From Eledone cirrhosa (lineage: Eukaryota): 64,000 bases of DNA. The stretch spans positions 50,654,001-50,718,000 of the forward strand of contig OZ024743.1 of the NCBI GenBank assembly GCA_964016885.1, in the 5' to 3' direction. How positions within the stretch are numbered: position 1 is the first letter of the stretch; every line of letters begins with the position of its first letter. The position numbers and the translations under genes are program-made. Below are positions 29,080 to 44,439 of the stretch, in pieces. The notes under the pieces are model-generated. The model had not been told where the DNA came from. It ran no database searches and saw only the letters and a program-made list of their open reading frames with translations.

Positions 29080-29543
29080 CACTACTATTTCCACGACTAC
29101 TACTACTACTACTACCGCTACTACTATTTCCAATACTACTACTACTATTACTACTATTAATACTACCACCCCTACTACTACTACTACCACTGATACTACT
29201 ACTCCCACTACTACTACTACTGCTGCTAGAACTACTACTACTACTATTACTAGAACCACCACCACTACTACCACTACTACAACTACTACCATTACTAGTA
29301 CTACTACCACTGCTACTCCTACTACTACTACTACTACTATCACTACTACTACTACTACTACTACCACTACGACTACTACTAATACTACTACCACTACTAC
29401 TATAACTACCACTACTCCCACTTCTACTACCACTACCACTACTACTACTACTACTACTACCACCACTACTACTACTACTACTAATAATAATAATAATAAT
29501 ACTACCACTACTACTACCACTACTACTATAACTACCACTACTC

Positions 29544-29576
<33 letters not shown>

Positions 29577-29641
29577 ATACCACTACCACTACTACTACCA
29601 CTACTACCACTACTACTACCTCTACTACTACTACTACTACA

Positions 29642-29676
<35 letters not shown>

Positions 29677-29718
29677 CACTAATACTATTATTACTACTAC
29701 TACTACCACTAATACTAC

Positions 29719-29751
<33 letters not shown>

Positions 29752-29976
29752 CTCTATTACTACTATTACTACTATTAATACTACCACCCCTACTACTACT
29801 ACTACCACCACTACTACTACAACTACTACCACTACTAATACCACTACTACCAGTACTACTACTAATACTACTACTAATACTGCTACTACTACTATTACTA
29901 CTACTACCACTACCACTACTACTAATGCTGTTCCTACTACTACTACTACTATCACTACTAATACTATTACTACTTG

Positions 29977-30009
<33 letters not shown>

Positions 30010-30096
30010 CACTACCACTACTACTACTACTACTACTACCACTACTACTATTACCACTACTACCCCTACTACTAGCACTACCACAACCACAACTAG

Positions 30097-30128
<32 letters not shown>

Positions 30129-30166
30129 TTACTACTACTACTACTACTACCACTACTATTTCCACG

Positions 30167-30209
<43 letters not shown>

Positions 30210-30393
30210 TTACTACTACTACTACTACTACCACTACTATTTCCACGACTACTACTACAACTACTACTACTACTACTACTAATACTAATACTACTACTAC
30301 TACTACTACTGCCACTACTACTACAACTACTACCACTACTACTACTACTATTACAACTACTACTACTACCACATCCACTACTACTAGCACTAA

Positions 30394-30453
<60 letters not shown>

Positions 30454-30469
30454 TACTACTACTACTACT

Positions 30470-30504
<35 letters not shown>

Positions 30505-30552
30505 CACTACTACCCATAATACTACTACTACTACCACTACTACTACTGCCGG

Positions 30553-30588
<36 letters not shown>

Positions 30589-30609
30589 CATTACCACTAC
30601 TACAACTAG

Positions 30610-30654
<45 letters not shown>

Positions 30655-30977
30655 CTCTACTACTACTATTACTACTATTAATACTACCACCCCTACTACT
30701 ACTACTACCACTGATACTACTACTCCCACTACTACTACTACTGCTGCTAGAACTACTACTACTACTATTACTACTACCACCACCACTACTACTACTACAA
30801 CTACTACCATTACTAGTACTACTACCACTGCTACTCCTACTACTACTACTACTACTATCACTACTACTACTACTACTACTACTACCACTACGACTACTAC
30901 TAATACTACTACCACTACTACTATAACTACCACTACTCCCACTTCTACTACCACTACCACTACTACTACTACTACTA

Positions 30978-31008
<31 letters not shown>

Positions 31009-31143
31009 CACTACTACCACTACTACTGCCTCTACTACTACTACTACTACTACTACTTACCACCACCACTACTACTACTACTAATAATAATAATAATAAT
31101 AATACCACTACTACTACCACTACTACTATAACTACCACTACTC

Positions 31144-31193
<50 letters not shown>

Positions 31194-31275
31194 GCTACTA
31201 CTACTACCACTACCACTACTACTACTACTACTACCACTACTACCACTACTACTACCTCTACTACTACTACTACTA

Positions 31276-31330
<55 letters not shown>

Positions 31331-31364
31331 CACTAATACTATTATTACTACTACTACTACCACC

Positions 31365-31420
<56 letters not shown>

Positions 31421-31703
31421 CTCTACTACTACTATTACTACTATTAATACTACCACCCCCACTACTACTACCACCACTACTACTACAACTACTACCACTA
31501 CCACTACTACTAATGCTGTTCCTACTACTACTACTACTATCACTACTAATACTACTACTACTTGTACTACTACTACTACTACTACTACTACGACTACTAC
31601 TACTACTACTACTACCCCTACTACTGGTACTACCACAACCACTACTACCACTACTACTACTACTATTACTACTTCTACCACTACCGTAACTACTAGTACT
31701 ACA

Positions 31704-31741
<38 letters not shown>

Positions 31742-31772
31742 AACCACCACTACTACTACTACGACTACTACT

Positions 31773-31805
<33 letters not shown>

Positions 31806-31847
31806 TTACAACTACTACTACTACCACATCCACTACTTCTACCACTG

Positions 31848-31896
<49 letters not shown>

Positions 31897-32397
31897 TACT
31901 ACTACTACTACTTCTCCTACTACCTCTACTACTACTACTACTACTACTACCACTAGCACTACTACTACTATTACTACCACTACTACTACTACTACCACTA
32001 CTACCACTACCACTACTACTACTACCACTACTACCCCTACTACTAGTACTACTCCTACTACTACTACTACCGCTACTACTACTTCCAATACTACTACTAC
32101 TACTACTTCTACTACTACTACAACTACTACCACTACCACCCATACTACTACTACTACTACCACTACTACTACCACTGCTGCTACTACTACAACTACTACT
32201 TCTCCTACTACTACTACTACTGCTACAACAACAACTACTACTACTACTACCACCACTACTACTACAACTACTACCACTACTACTACCACTACTACTAGTA
32301 CTACTACTAATACTACTACTAATACTCCTACTACTACTATTACTACTACTACCACTACCACTACTACTACTACTACTACTATCATTATAACTACTAT

Positions 32398-32442
<45 letters not shown>

Positions 32443-32665
32443 CACCACTACTACTACTCCTACTAATACCACTACAACTACTACCACTACTACTACCACT
32501 ACTACTAGTACTACTACTGCTACTACTACTACTACTACTACTACTACCATTACCATGACTACTACTACTACCACTACTACGAACACTACTACTACTACTA
32601 CTACTACCATTATCATAACTACTACTACTACTACTACAATTGCTACTACTACTACAATTACCATA

Positions 32666-32700
<35 letters not shown>

Positions 32701-32935
32701 CACTACCACTTCCACTACAACTACTTCTATACTACTACTACTACTATCACTACCACTTCCACTACAACTACTTCTACTACTACTAATACTACTACTACTA
32801 CTATGGCTACTACTACTTCCAATACTACTACTACTACAACTACTACTACTACTACTACTTCTACTTCTACTACTGCCACTACTACTACTACTACTAATAC
32901 TACTACTACCACTACTACTACTACCATTACTACCG
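27363..32935. repeat. 5.6-kb degenerate (CTA)n array with internal block duplications
   Basis: Direct reading; variant blocks such as GCTGCTAGAACT and CACATCCACT recur. Confidence 0.97.
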
Positions 32936-35032
32936 TGTAGATAGGTGGGTTGTTAGGGTGGGTAGGTAGGAGGATGGGTAGGTAGGTGGATAGGTGGGTA
33001 GGTGCGTAGGTAGTTGTGTCGTTAGGGTGGGCAGGTAGATAGGTAGGTAGGTAGGTAGATAGGTAGGTAGGTAGTTGGGTAGGTGGGTAGGTCGGTAGGT
33101 GGGTAGGTATGTGGGTAGGTAGGTAGTTAACGTGGGTAGCTAGGTAAGTAGGTAGGTAGGTGGGTGGTTAAATGGGTGGGTAGGTAGGTGGGTAGGTAGG
33201 TGGGTAGGTAAGTAGGTAGTTAGGGTGGGTAGGTACGTAGGTAGGTGGGTTGGTAGGATGGTGGTTAGGTGGGTAGGTACGTAGGTAGGTGCGTTGGTAG
33301 GTAGGTGTTTAGGTGGGTAGGAAGGTGGGTTGGTAGGTAGGTGTTTAGGTGAGTATGTAGGTAGGTGTTTAGGTGGGTAGGTAGGTTGGTAGGTAGGTGG
33401 GTGGGTGGGTAGGAAGGTGGTTAGGTAGGTGAGTACGTAGATGGGTGGATAGATAGGTGTGTAGGTGGGTTGGTAGGTAGGTGGGTAGCTGGGTGGGTAG
33501 CTGGGTAGGTGGGTAGGTGGGTAGTTGCGTATGTAGGTGCGTTGTAGGGTAGGTAGATAGGTAGGTAGGTAGATAGGTGGGTAGGTAGGTGTGTAGGTAT
33601 GTGGGTATGTAGGTTGGTGGGTAGGTAAGTAGGTAGTTAGGTAGGTAGTTAGGTAGGTAGGTAGGTTTGTAGGTAGGTAAGTAGGTAGGTAGGTGGGCTG
33701 GTAGGTAGGTGAGTAGGTGGGTAGGTAAATGTGTAGGTAGGTTGGTAGATTGGTGGGTGGTTAGGTAGGTGTGTAGGTAGGTGGGTAGGTAGATGTGTGG
33801 GTAGATAGCTGGGTAGATGCGTAGGTGGGTAAAGTATGCGGGTGAGAATCGGGGGTGGGAGATGAGTCTCTAGGTAGACAGATAGGGAAGGGAGGTAGGT
33901 AAGAAGGGGCAGAGGTAGTGATGGAATGAGGTAAGGTGGGGGACAGAGGTAAGGCTGAGGGAGGTGGGGTGAGGTAAGTGGGGTAGGGGGCGAGGGGGTA
34001 GTTTGGGTGAGTGAGGGTGGGTGGGAGAGGTAAGAAGGTACAGGGATAGGGGGGTAACAAGGTAGAGAGGTAGGGGTGAGGGGAGGTAAGGAGGTACAGA
34101 GGTAGTGTGAGGGGAGGTATGTAAGGAGGTACAGAGGTAGGGGAGGTAAGGAGGTAGAGAGTTAGGGGTGAGGGGGTAAGGAGGTACAGAGGTAGGGTGA
34201 AGGAGGTAGGTGAGGAGGTACAGAGGTAGGGATGATGGAGGTAAGGAAGTAGAGAGGTAGGGGTGAGGGGTTAAGGAGGTAGAGCGGTAGGGGTGAGGGG
34301 AGGTAAGGAAGTAGAGAGGTAGGGGTGAGGGGATGTAAAGAGGTACAAATGTAGGGGTGAGGAGTGTAAGGAGCTACAGAGGTAGGGATGAGGGGAGGTA
34401 AGGTGTTAGAGAGGTAGGGGTGAGGGGGTAAGGAAGTAGGGAGGTAGGGGCGAGGGGAGGTCAGGAGGTAGAGAAGTAAGGGTGGGGGGAAGTAGGGAGG
34501 TAGAGAGGTAGGGGTGAGGGGGTAAGGAGGTAGGGAGGTAGGGGCGAGGGGAGGTTAGGAGGTAGAGAAGTAGGGGTGAGGGGAAGTAGGGAGGTAGAGA
34601 GGTAGGGGTGAGGGGGTAAGGAGGTAGGGAGGTAGGGGCGAGGGGAGGTCAGGAGGTAGAGAAATAGGGGTGAGGGGAAGTAGGGAGGTAGAGAGGTAGG
34701 GGTGAGGGGGTAAGGAGGTAGGGTGGTAGGGGCGAGGGGAGGTTAGGAGGTAGAGAAGTAGGGGTGAGGGGAAGTAGGGAGGTAGAGAGGTAGGGGTGAG
34801 GGGAAGTAGGGAGGTAGAGAGGTAGGGGTGAGGGGGTAAGGAGGTAGGGAGGTAGGGGCGAGGGGAGGTTAGGAGGTAGAGAAGTAGGGGTGAGGGGAAG
34901 TTGGAAGGTAGAGAGGTAGGGGTGAGGGGGTAAGGAGGTAGAGAGGTGGGGCGAGGGGAGGTCAGGAGGTAGAGAAGTAGGGGTGAGAGGAGGTAAGGAG
35001 GTAGGTAGAGAGGTAGGGGAGGTAAGGAGGTA
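32936..35032. repeat. (GGTA)n array grading into a G/A-rich AGGTAGGGGTGAGGGG-type minisatellite
   Basis: Direct reading. Confidence 0.92.
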
Positions 35033-35376
35033 CCTACATGACGTCACAACTAAACGGGACAACAGCCGACAAGGTGAGGTGCACTCAGGTAACTAAATAT
35101 ACTCTCCAGCGTTTCTCAGCGAGAACAAGGTCAACCTGACATTCTCACATCCTAGCACCCCACCCTCACTCTCAATCTTAATCGCTTTCTTTCTCCCCGT
35201 ACTAATATCTCACTATATATATATATATGTAAACGTGTGTGTGTGTATATATATATATTTATGTGTATGTGTGTATATATATGTATATATATATGTGTGT
35301 GTGTGTATATATATATATATACGTATATATATATATGTGTGTGTGTGTGTGTATATACATATATATATATATATAT

Positions 35377-35461
<85 letters not shown>

Positions 35462-35565
35462 AATATATATGTGTATAGGAGTGTGTGTGTATTTGTGTGC
35501 ATGTCTATGTGTATATGTGTGTGTTCGTCTCAGAATCATGAGTTCGATTCCAGAACCGGCATGTT

Positions 35566-35642
<77 letters not shown>

Positions 35643-35826
35643 GTATATGTATGCATATGCATAGACGTATATATACATATGTGTGCGTCTGCACTTTGCC
35701 TTTCATCCTTACGGGGTCGATAAAATAAAGTACCAGTAATGTACTGGGTATTGCTGGCCTTGTGTCTAAAGTAGAAACAATTATATATATGCATATATAT
35801 ATTTAAAAAATGTACAAATGTGTATG

Positions 35827-35914
<88 letters not shown>

Positions 35915-35916
<2 letters not shown>

Positions 35917-36264
35917 TATTAAGTTGTTAAACAATATTCGATGATTATGTCAAAGAATGAGTTTTACAGTAGATTGGAAGCACCTCAACGGTATTAATTT
36001 TCAGGAGTTATTAATATAAGTATTAATAAAATAGATGTTCTTTTGATCAATTACATTTTATTATACATATTTCGGATGTACAACAGTACGTCCTCATCAG
36101 ACAAAATATAATGATACATGACATACACTGAGATGTTAGATGGTTAAGATGGTTAAGATACTACCTTGATTAAATCTTAACCACCTAACATCTCAGGGTA
36201 TGTCATGTATCATTATATTTTGTCTGATGAGGACGTACTGTTGTACATCCGAAATATGTATAAT
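35915..36264. mobile_element. Fold-back HHR element (family F2), cut by a SINE
   Basis: Arms ~36059-36150 / 36173-36264; CTGATGA (36224)-GGACGTAC/GTACATCC-GAAA (36251)-TATGTA-TA. Confidence 0.8.
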
Positions 36265-36439
36265 TGTTTCTACTTTTTGGCACAAGGCCAGCAATTATCC
36301 CAGTACATTACTGGTGCTTTATTTTATCGACCCCGTAAGGATGAAAGGCAAAGTTAACCTCGGCGGGAATTGAACTCAGATCGTAAAGGGACGTAACTAT
36401 GCTGGAAAGCATAATCCAACCCTCTACCGATACTGCCAA

Positions 36440-36442
<3 letters not shown>
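36262..36442 (-). mobile_element. SINE family A
   Basis: Matches the consensus. Confidence 0.85.
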
Positions 36443-36479
<37 letters not shown>

Positions 36480-36732
36480 TAAAAAAATAATGAATAAAAC
36501 AATGAAACAGTTCCTTATATTAAACAGAAAAAGTTCATTATTTAACGATCGTTTCTAGGATATATATGTGTTAGAATTGGCATGCATATTCAACAGATCT
36601 ATGTACAAAATTATACAAAATTATACAAACTATCAAAATTTTTTCATTGCATCTCTTCTTTCCATGATATCCGGATTACATTGAGTTCTTCATACGGATT
36701 GGACACTACCGTAAACTCTTGGTAGATTTATC

Positions 36733-36831
<99 letters not shown>

Positions 36832-36862
36832 GTCATGTAAGGAACGCATTTTAGTTTTTTAT

Positions 36863-36900
36863 GCCCTTGAGAAGCCCATTAGGGCGAAACGTACGTGGGT
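36863..36900 (+). ncRNA. Minimal HHR-like motif with U3-A8 core; cleavage triplet appears damaged
   Basis: GCCC-TTGAGAA-GCCC/GGGC-GAAA-CGTACG-T-GGGT. Confidence 0.55.
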
Positions 36901-37087
36901 GCTGTTTTAAATAAACATATTTTAACGGTTTGTTCTCCTTTATATACTTCTCCACGTTATATATATATATATATATACAGTATTTTCCGTAGTGTTGTAA
37001 TATAAATATTACACACAGTAGATGGACAGCTCACGTAGAGTTTGCTCGACGGTTCCAGTTGTAGTTCGAAAAGTAATCCGGAGAAAA

Positions 37088-38502
<1,415 letters not shown>

Positions 38503-38575
38503 GTTGTTGAATGCCGTAAGCTGAATTACCAAATCATTACTATGATACCTTACCTTACATACACATACATATACA

Positions 38576-38704
38576 TATTAGGGGCGAAGGGTCCGTGCAT
38601 GCAACGCATGCAGTGCATGCGTTATAGAATCTTGAGTTGATAAATTGCGTCGGTTGAAGCAAGCAGAATTTTGGCTGCTTACTAAATCGTAGACCAATAA
38701 AAAG

Positions 38705-38743
<39 letters not shown>

Positions 38744-39035
38744 ACAAACACACAAACACATACACACAAACACATACACATACACACAAACACATACACA
38801 CAAACACACGACAGCTTTGGGCAAGCAGAATTTTTACTGCTTACTAAATCGTAGACACATAAAAAGATAACACACATACACACACACTAGATAACACTAC
38901 ATGCGGCTTTGACCGGGAGGGTCATTTAGAGGGAATTGGGGCGGGGGGGGGGGGGGGGGGCTGCACAGCCCCACTTTCCGCCATGGCGATTGGACTGCAT
39001 GCCCTGCTTTCCAGGTTACCCTTCGCCATTGATAT
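38576..39035. mobile_element. Possible MITE
   Basis: Imperfect TIRs TATTAGGGGCGAAGGGT / ACCCTTCGCCATTGATA in TA-rich flanks; no ORF. Confidence 0.45.
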
Positions 39036-39112
39036 ATATATATGTATTACATATATATATATATGTATATGTATTACATATATATATATGTATTACATAT
39101 ATATATATGTAT

Positions 39113-39149
<37 letters not shown>

Positions 39150-39435
39150 TACATATATATATACATATATATATATCTCTAATACATTACATTACATAAA
39201 CACATGCATATATATATATATACATATACACAAATTACATTACATACATACATGCATATACAAATATATACATATACATATATATACATATAATACATTA
39301 CATTACATACATACATGCATATACATATATACACATGTAATGTAATGTATTATATGTATATATATTATATGTACATATGTACATATTATATATGTATTAT
39401 ATGTATATATATATATATATATATAAAACATGAGA

Positions 39436-40034
39436 AGAAAGAAGAATACTGCGTGGTTGCACATGGGTTACATATGATAAAAATAGTCCTTCGTCAGTGA
39501 TTTGCCAACCATCATTGGTATTTCATCGCATTAAAAATCATATACCTCAGGTTGGTGCGAGCAATAAACTAAAAAAAGTTATTGGGACAAGTAAATCGCG
39601 TAAAGCGAGGGGGACAAGTAAACAACATAGAAGGATGAAAGCAAACCAAAGATAGGAAAATAAACAAGCAACATGGTTGTCCAGTCAGCATAAGCTGGGT
39701 GGATTTCATGAGCCATCAAGATACACACCGTCCGACGTGAGTGAGATGTGAGCAAGAAGAGAACCCACTACTAGCCAAACGGGAGGAAGTGAGAAGGGGA
39801 GAAACAGAGAGTGAGTGAGTGGAAGTGCGAGAAAGAGGTCAGTCGAGAGAAAGTGTAACTGACAGAGGGGGCGAAAGAAGGTGAGAGAAACAGAGAGAAC
39901 GGGGAAGCAGTAAGAGAGAAACAGACAAACGCAGCCGAGGTAAATATATATAAAAAAACATAAGAAAGAAGAATACTGCGTGGTTGCACATGGGTTACAT
40001 ATGATAAAATTAGTCCTTCGTCAGTGATTTGCCA
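39436..40034. repeat. 527-bp unit with ~70-bp terminal direct repeats
   Basis: AGAAAGAAGAATACTGCG...TCGTCAGTGATTTGCCA at ~39436 and ~39963. Confidence 0.7.
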
Positions 40035-40234
40035 TATATATATACATATAATACCTTACATTACATAGACACATGCATATACATATATATACATATAATA
40101 CATTACATTATATACATACATGCATATACATATATATAATACCTTACATTTCATACATACATACATGCATATACATATATATACATATACATATATATAT
40201 ACATATACATATACATACATATATATATACGATG

Positions 40235-40415
40235 GTCGACTGCGAAGATCATAGGCTGACCAAGATACTCTCATGGAATGACCAAATGAGGTTTATTTTT
40301 CAACATAGTGCCTGGAAAGAAACAATGTAGTTATTAATAAGAAGAGTTGAAATATTAATGCAAGATTTCAGTTCTTTCTCCTTCATAGTCAGCCTATGAA
40401 CTTTTCAGCTGAACC
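40235..40415 (-). mobile_element. Mariner-derived short remnant
   Basis: CTCCTTCATAGTCAGCCTATGAACT matches the reverse complement of the mariner start at 19325; CATAGGCTGAC at the other end. Confidence 0.55.
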
Positions 40416-40417
40416 TT

Positions 40418-40473
<56 letters not shown>

Positions 40474-41254
40474 GTATGTATATGTGTGTGTGTGTGTGAG
40501 AGAGAGAATGAGAGAGTGAGTGAGAGAGAGTCTCGGGTTCAATTAGGGGTAACCACAGTAAATAGAGTACTCAATACATCTATAGAGTATCGACATTAAG
40601 TTTAATATAGAAAAAAACTTCTACAGGACTAGAACTGTTTCATTCAAGCTCGGCCAGAGAATCGAACTCACGATCGTGAGGCAAACACCCTAACCTCTTC
40701 CTTACGCCTTCACACACACTCATACACACATACACACATCCTCACACACACACACACACACATACACACACGCCTTCACATATACACATACACATACACA
40801 CATGCTCACGCACACACACACACACACACACATACGCCTTCACATACACACACGCCTTCACACACATACACACACACATACACACACGCCTTCACACACA
40901 CATACACACATACACACATACACACACGCCTTCACACAAACACACACATACACACACACACACATACATACACACATGCACACACGCCTTCACACACATA
41001 CATACACGCCTTCACACACACGCGCCTTCACACACAGATACAAACACACCTATGCTCTCTCTCACACACACATACACACACATACATACACATTCGTTGG
41101 ATCAGTGTTCAAGTGTTTACTTTCTTTACTCAATACAACCAATCATATTTACTAAGACTTTTACTGACTTAAGTCAATATTGTTTGTGTGCAGGAAATAT
41201 GTTAGTTTGAACTAGTAAACCAGCGGGTTGTTGGTACATTACAGAGTTTATTAC

Positions 41255-42170
41255 TGGGTACATTACAGGGAGGGTATATTACAGGGAGGGTATATTACAG
41301 GGTATATTACAGGGTATAAAACAGGGTATATTACAGGGAGGGTATATTACAGGGTATATTACAGGGTATATTACAGGGTATAAAACAGGGTATATTACAG
41401 GGAGGGTATATTACAGGGTATATTACAGGGTATATTACAGGGTATAAAACAGGGTATATTACAGGGTATATTACAGGGAGGGTATATTACAGGGTATATT
41501 ACAGGGTATAAAACAGGGTATAAAACAGGGTATATTACAGGGAGGGTATATTACAGGGTATATTACAGGGTATATTACAGGGTATAAAACAGGGTATATT
41601 ACAGGGAGGGTATATTACAGGGAGGGTATATTACAGGGTATATTACAGGGTATAAAACAGGGTATATCACAGGGTATATTACAGGGAGGGTATATTACAG
41701 GGTATATTACAGGGTATAAAACAGGGTATAAAACAGGGTATATTACAGGGAGGGTATATTACAGGGTATATTACAGGGTATAAAACAGGGTATAAAACAG
41801 GGTATATTACAGGGAGGGTATATTACAGGGTATATTACAGGGTATAAAACAGGGTATAAAACAGGGTATATTACAGGGAGGGTATATTACAGGGTATATT
41901 ACAGGGTATAAAACAGGGTATATTACAAGGAGGGTATATTACAGGGTATATTACAGGGTATAAAACAGGGTATAAAACAGGGTATATTACAGGGAGGGTA
42001 TATTACAGGGTATATTACAGGGTATAAAACAGGGTATAAAACAGGGTATATTACAGGGAGGGTATATTACAGGGTATATTACAGGGTATAAAACAGGGTA
42101 TAAAACAGGGTATATTACAGGGTATAAAACAGGGTATATTACATGGTGTATTACAGGGAGGGTGTATTAC
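41255..42170. repeat. 12-bp minisatellite GGGTATATTACA/GGGTATAAAACA with a ~64-bp higher-order unit
   Basis: Direct reading. Confidence 0.95.
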
Positions 42171-42564
42171 AGTAAAATAACTGGAACACGTATTAAATGT
42201 ATGTATAGCATTACTGGTCACTTTATTGATATGGTATTTACTGTATACCATTGTTGGTCAGTTTATAGCATTGGTCATTTTAGTTCAGTAAAGTTTGGAA
42301 TCTCATCTGACTATTTCTAACCCCCCTCCCCACCCCCCACACACACACCTCCATAACCCCCTCCCCATATATATACTCTCAGGACTTCAATAATGCCCTC
42401 CACCCTCCGCTTATTATATTTTGCTAATCTACCTCCGACGAAATGTTATTGTAAGTGATTCATATAGATACAACACCTGGAGAATCTAATTATTATATTT
42501 TACATTAAAAAAACATTATATGACAAAAAAAGAACACAAGAATATTTACGAACATCTAAAGTCT

Positions 42565-42835
42565 GTCGTAAGCCAGAAGGCTCATTTGGCCGGTGCTTAT
42601 TTCGGTTTCATGGTGTGAAGCGACTGAGAGTACAATACTCCCCCCTGGACAGGACACCAGTCCGTCGCAGGATTAAACCCCAAGCTATTACTTGTACTCA
42701 TTTTCAGCTGAGTATACTGGAGCAACGTGAAATGAAGTGTTTTGCTCAAGAACACAACACACAACCCAGGAATCGAACCCACGACATTATGATCGTAAGT
42801 CCAACACCCTTACCAATAGGCCACGTGCTTCCACA
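42565..42835 (-). mobile_element. SINE family B (CORE-like)
   Basis: Minus B-box GGTTCGATTCC followed by CTTGAGCAAAACACTT. Confidence 0.75.
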
Positions 42836-42959
42836 TATGCTATACAATTACAGACCCCCCCCCCCCTCGTTTATTCTACACACCCCTCCCCCCGCTTATA
42901 AGAATTTAAGCAAATGTCCAAACCCCCTGTTTTTTGTGACTCGACAGTATATACATATG

Positions 42960-43029
<70 letters not shown>

Positions 43030-43032
<3 letters not shown>

Positions 43033-43280
43033 CTTAGGGAGGGTCATGCTGCCAGTAAAAACACATGCACTATCTGAATTTCACTTTATTTTATTATTAT
43101 AATCTCCCGTCGGTTAGTTTAAAAACCAGATGGTTGTTTAGTTGTTGATTCTCAAAGCTCTTTCGTCACACATCTGTGACCACTTCGGTGACTACTTTTG
43201 TTACTTTGTGTCCCTTGTTCTTACGTATACCATCTTGTCTTTGTGATCCGTGTACCTGTACTGCGTATGCGTTACATCCG
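43030..43280 (-). mobile_element. PLE 3' tail remnant with degenerate HHR (family of 23476-24564)
   Basis: Minus TCA-CCGAAGT-GGTCACA/TGTGAC-GAAA-GAGC-TT-TGA at ~43152-43193. Confidence 0.5.
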
Positions 43281-43808
43281 GGTGTGTTTCATTCACTTAT
43301 TTTTCCCACTCCCTCTCTTCTCTACTTCTCAATTGTCATTAGTTAATTGTTATTTTGATTTATTTTATTCTATATATGTGGGGGGGGGGTCTCTCTATCA
43401 TTAATTTTGTTTTTGTGTCTCTTTATATTGTCCTTAGTCACTATCTTGTGAGGTTGTTATTATTCCATGCATGCTTAATATACATGTGTATGTGTGGGGG
43501 GGGGTATGTGTGTGTGTGTGTGTGTGTCATTACTGGTCATTTTAGTTCAGTAAAACCTAAATCTGGAGTCTGATCTGATGTATTTCTAACGCCCCCACAT
43601 GACAACCCCCATATACATATATATATATATTGGTAAACGGAATAGAAAATGCTGACAAATTGTTCACAGTGAAAAACAGTTTAATTAGGAATAAGTGATA
43701 ATTAGTAATAGTATTGGTTAGTATTAAGTTTTGGTTTTAAGTTTTACCGGTTGCGCATTTATAATGCTTTTCAAAAATAATTTTGAGATAGAGCGTCCGT
43801 GATATTTG

Positions 43809-43905
<97 letters not shown>

Positions 43906-43932
43906 ATAAGAATATTTATATTTATATAAGTT

Positions 43933-44410
43933 AAAAATTCAAGTCATTAGAAATATACTTCACTGCTTTACGATCGTTTCTAGCCGATGATAATACATCG
44001 TAACCATACTTCGTTATCGATCTATGTAAGGTTAGTTACAAAATATCAGATAAGGAAAATATTTACTTACATGTATATCATCAGCTGTTGTCAAAAGCTG
44101 GTGATATACATGTAAGTAAATATTTTCCTTAATATGATATTTTGTAACTAACCTTACATAGATCAATAACGAAGTATGGTTACGATGTATTATCATCACC
44201 TAGAAACGATCGTAAAGCAGTGAAGTATACTTCTAATGACTTGAATTTTTATTTCATTGTTTTAACTTATATCATGACTCTGTTTTCCTTTTAATGTTTT
44301 ATTGTTTTCCGGGATTTATTTTAACCTACAACATTTTCAACATATGGATTACATTGAGTTCTTCATGCAGACTGGACCCCCACAACTTATCGTGGATATC
44401 TCTGTGTTTA
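43933..44410. mobile_element. Fold-back element with the 3' half of an HHR
   Basis: Palindrome 43933-44250 centred ~44091; GAAA-CGATCG-TA at 44203; tail resembles 36675-36735. Confidence 0.65.
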
Positions 44411-44439
44411 TATTTATATATGTTTAATACAACTATAAA

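Noticed and set aside
27283-32944. 1200-1365 aa Thr-, Val- or Ser-rich ORFs resembling mucins
   Set aside because: Pure (CTA)n microsatellite, open in several frames on both strands, with frame slips and no signal peptide or domain
42272-43590. Two similar ~60-bp segments (GGTCATTTTAGTTCAGTAAA...TATTTCTAAC) as duplicated exons
   Set aside because: No clear splice pair or reading frame; likely an old local duplication
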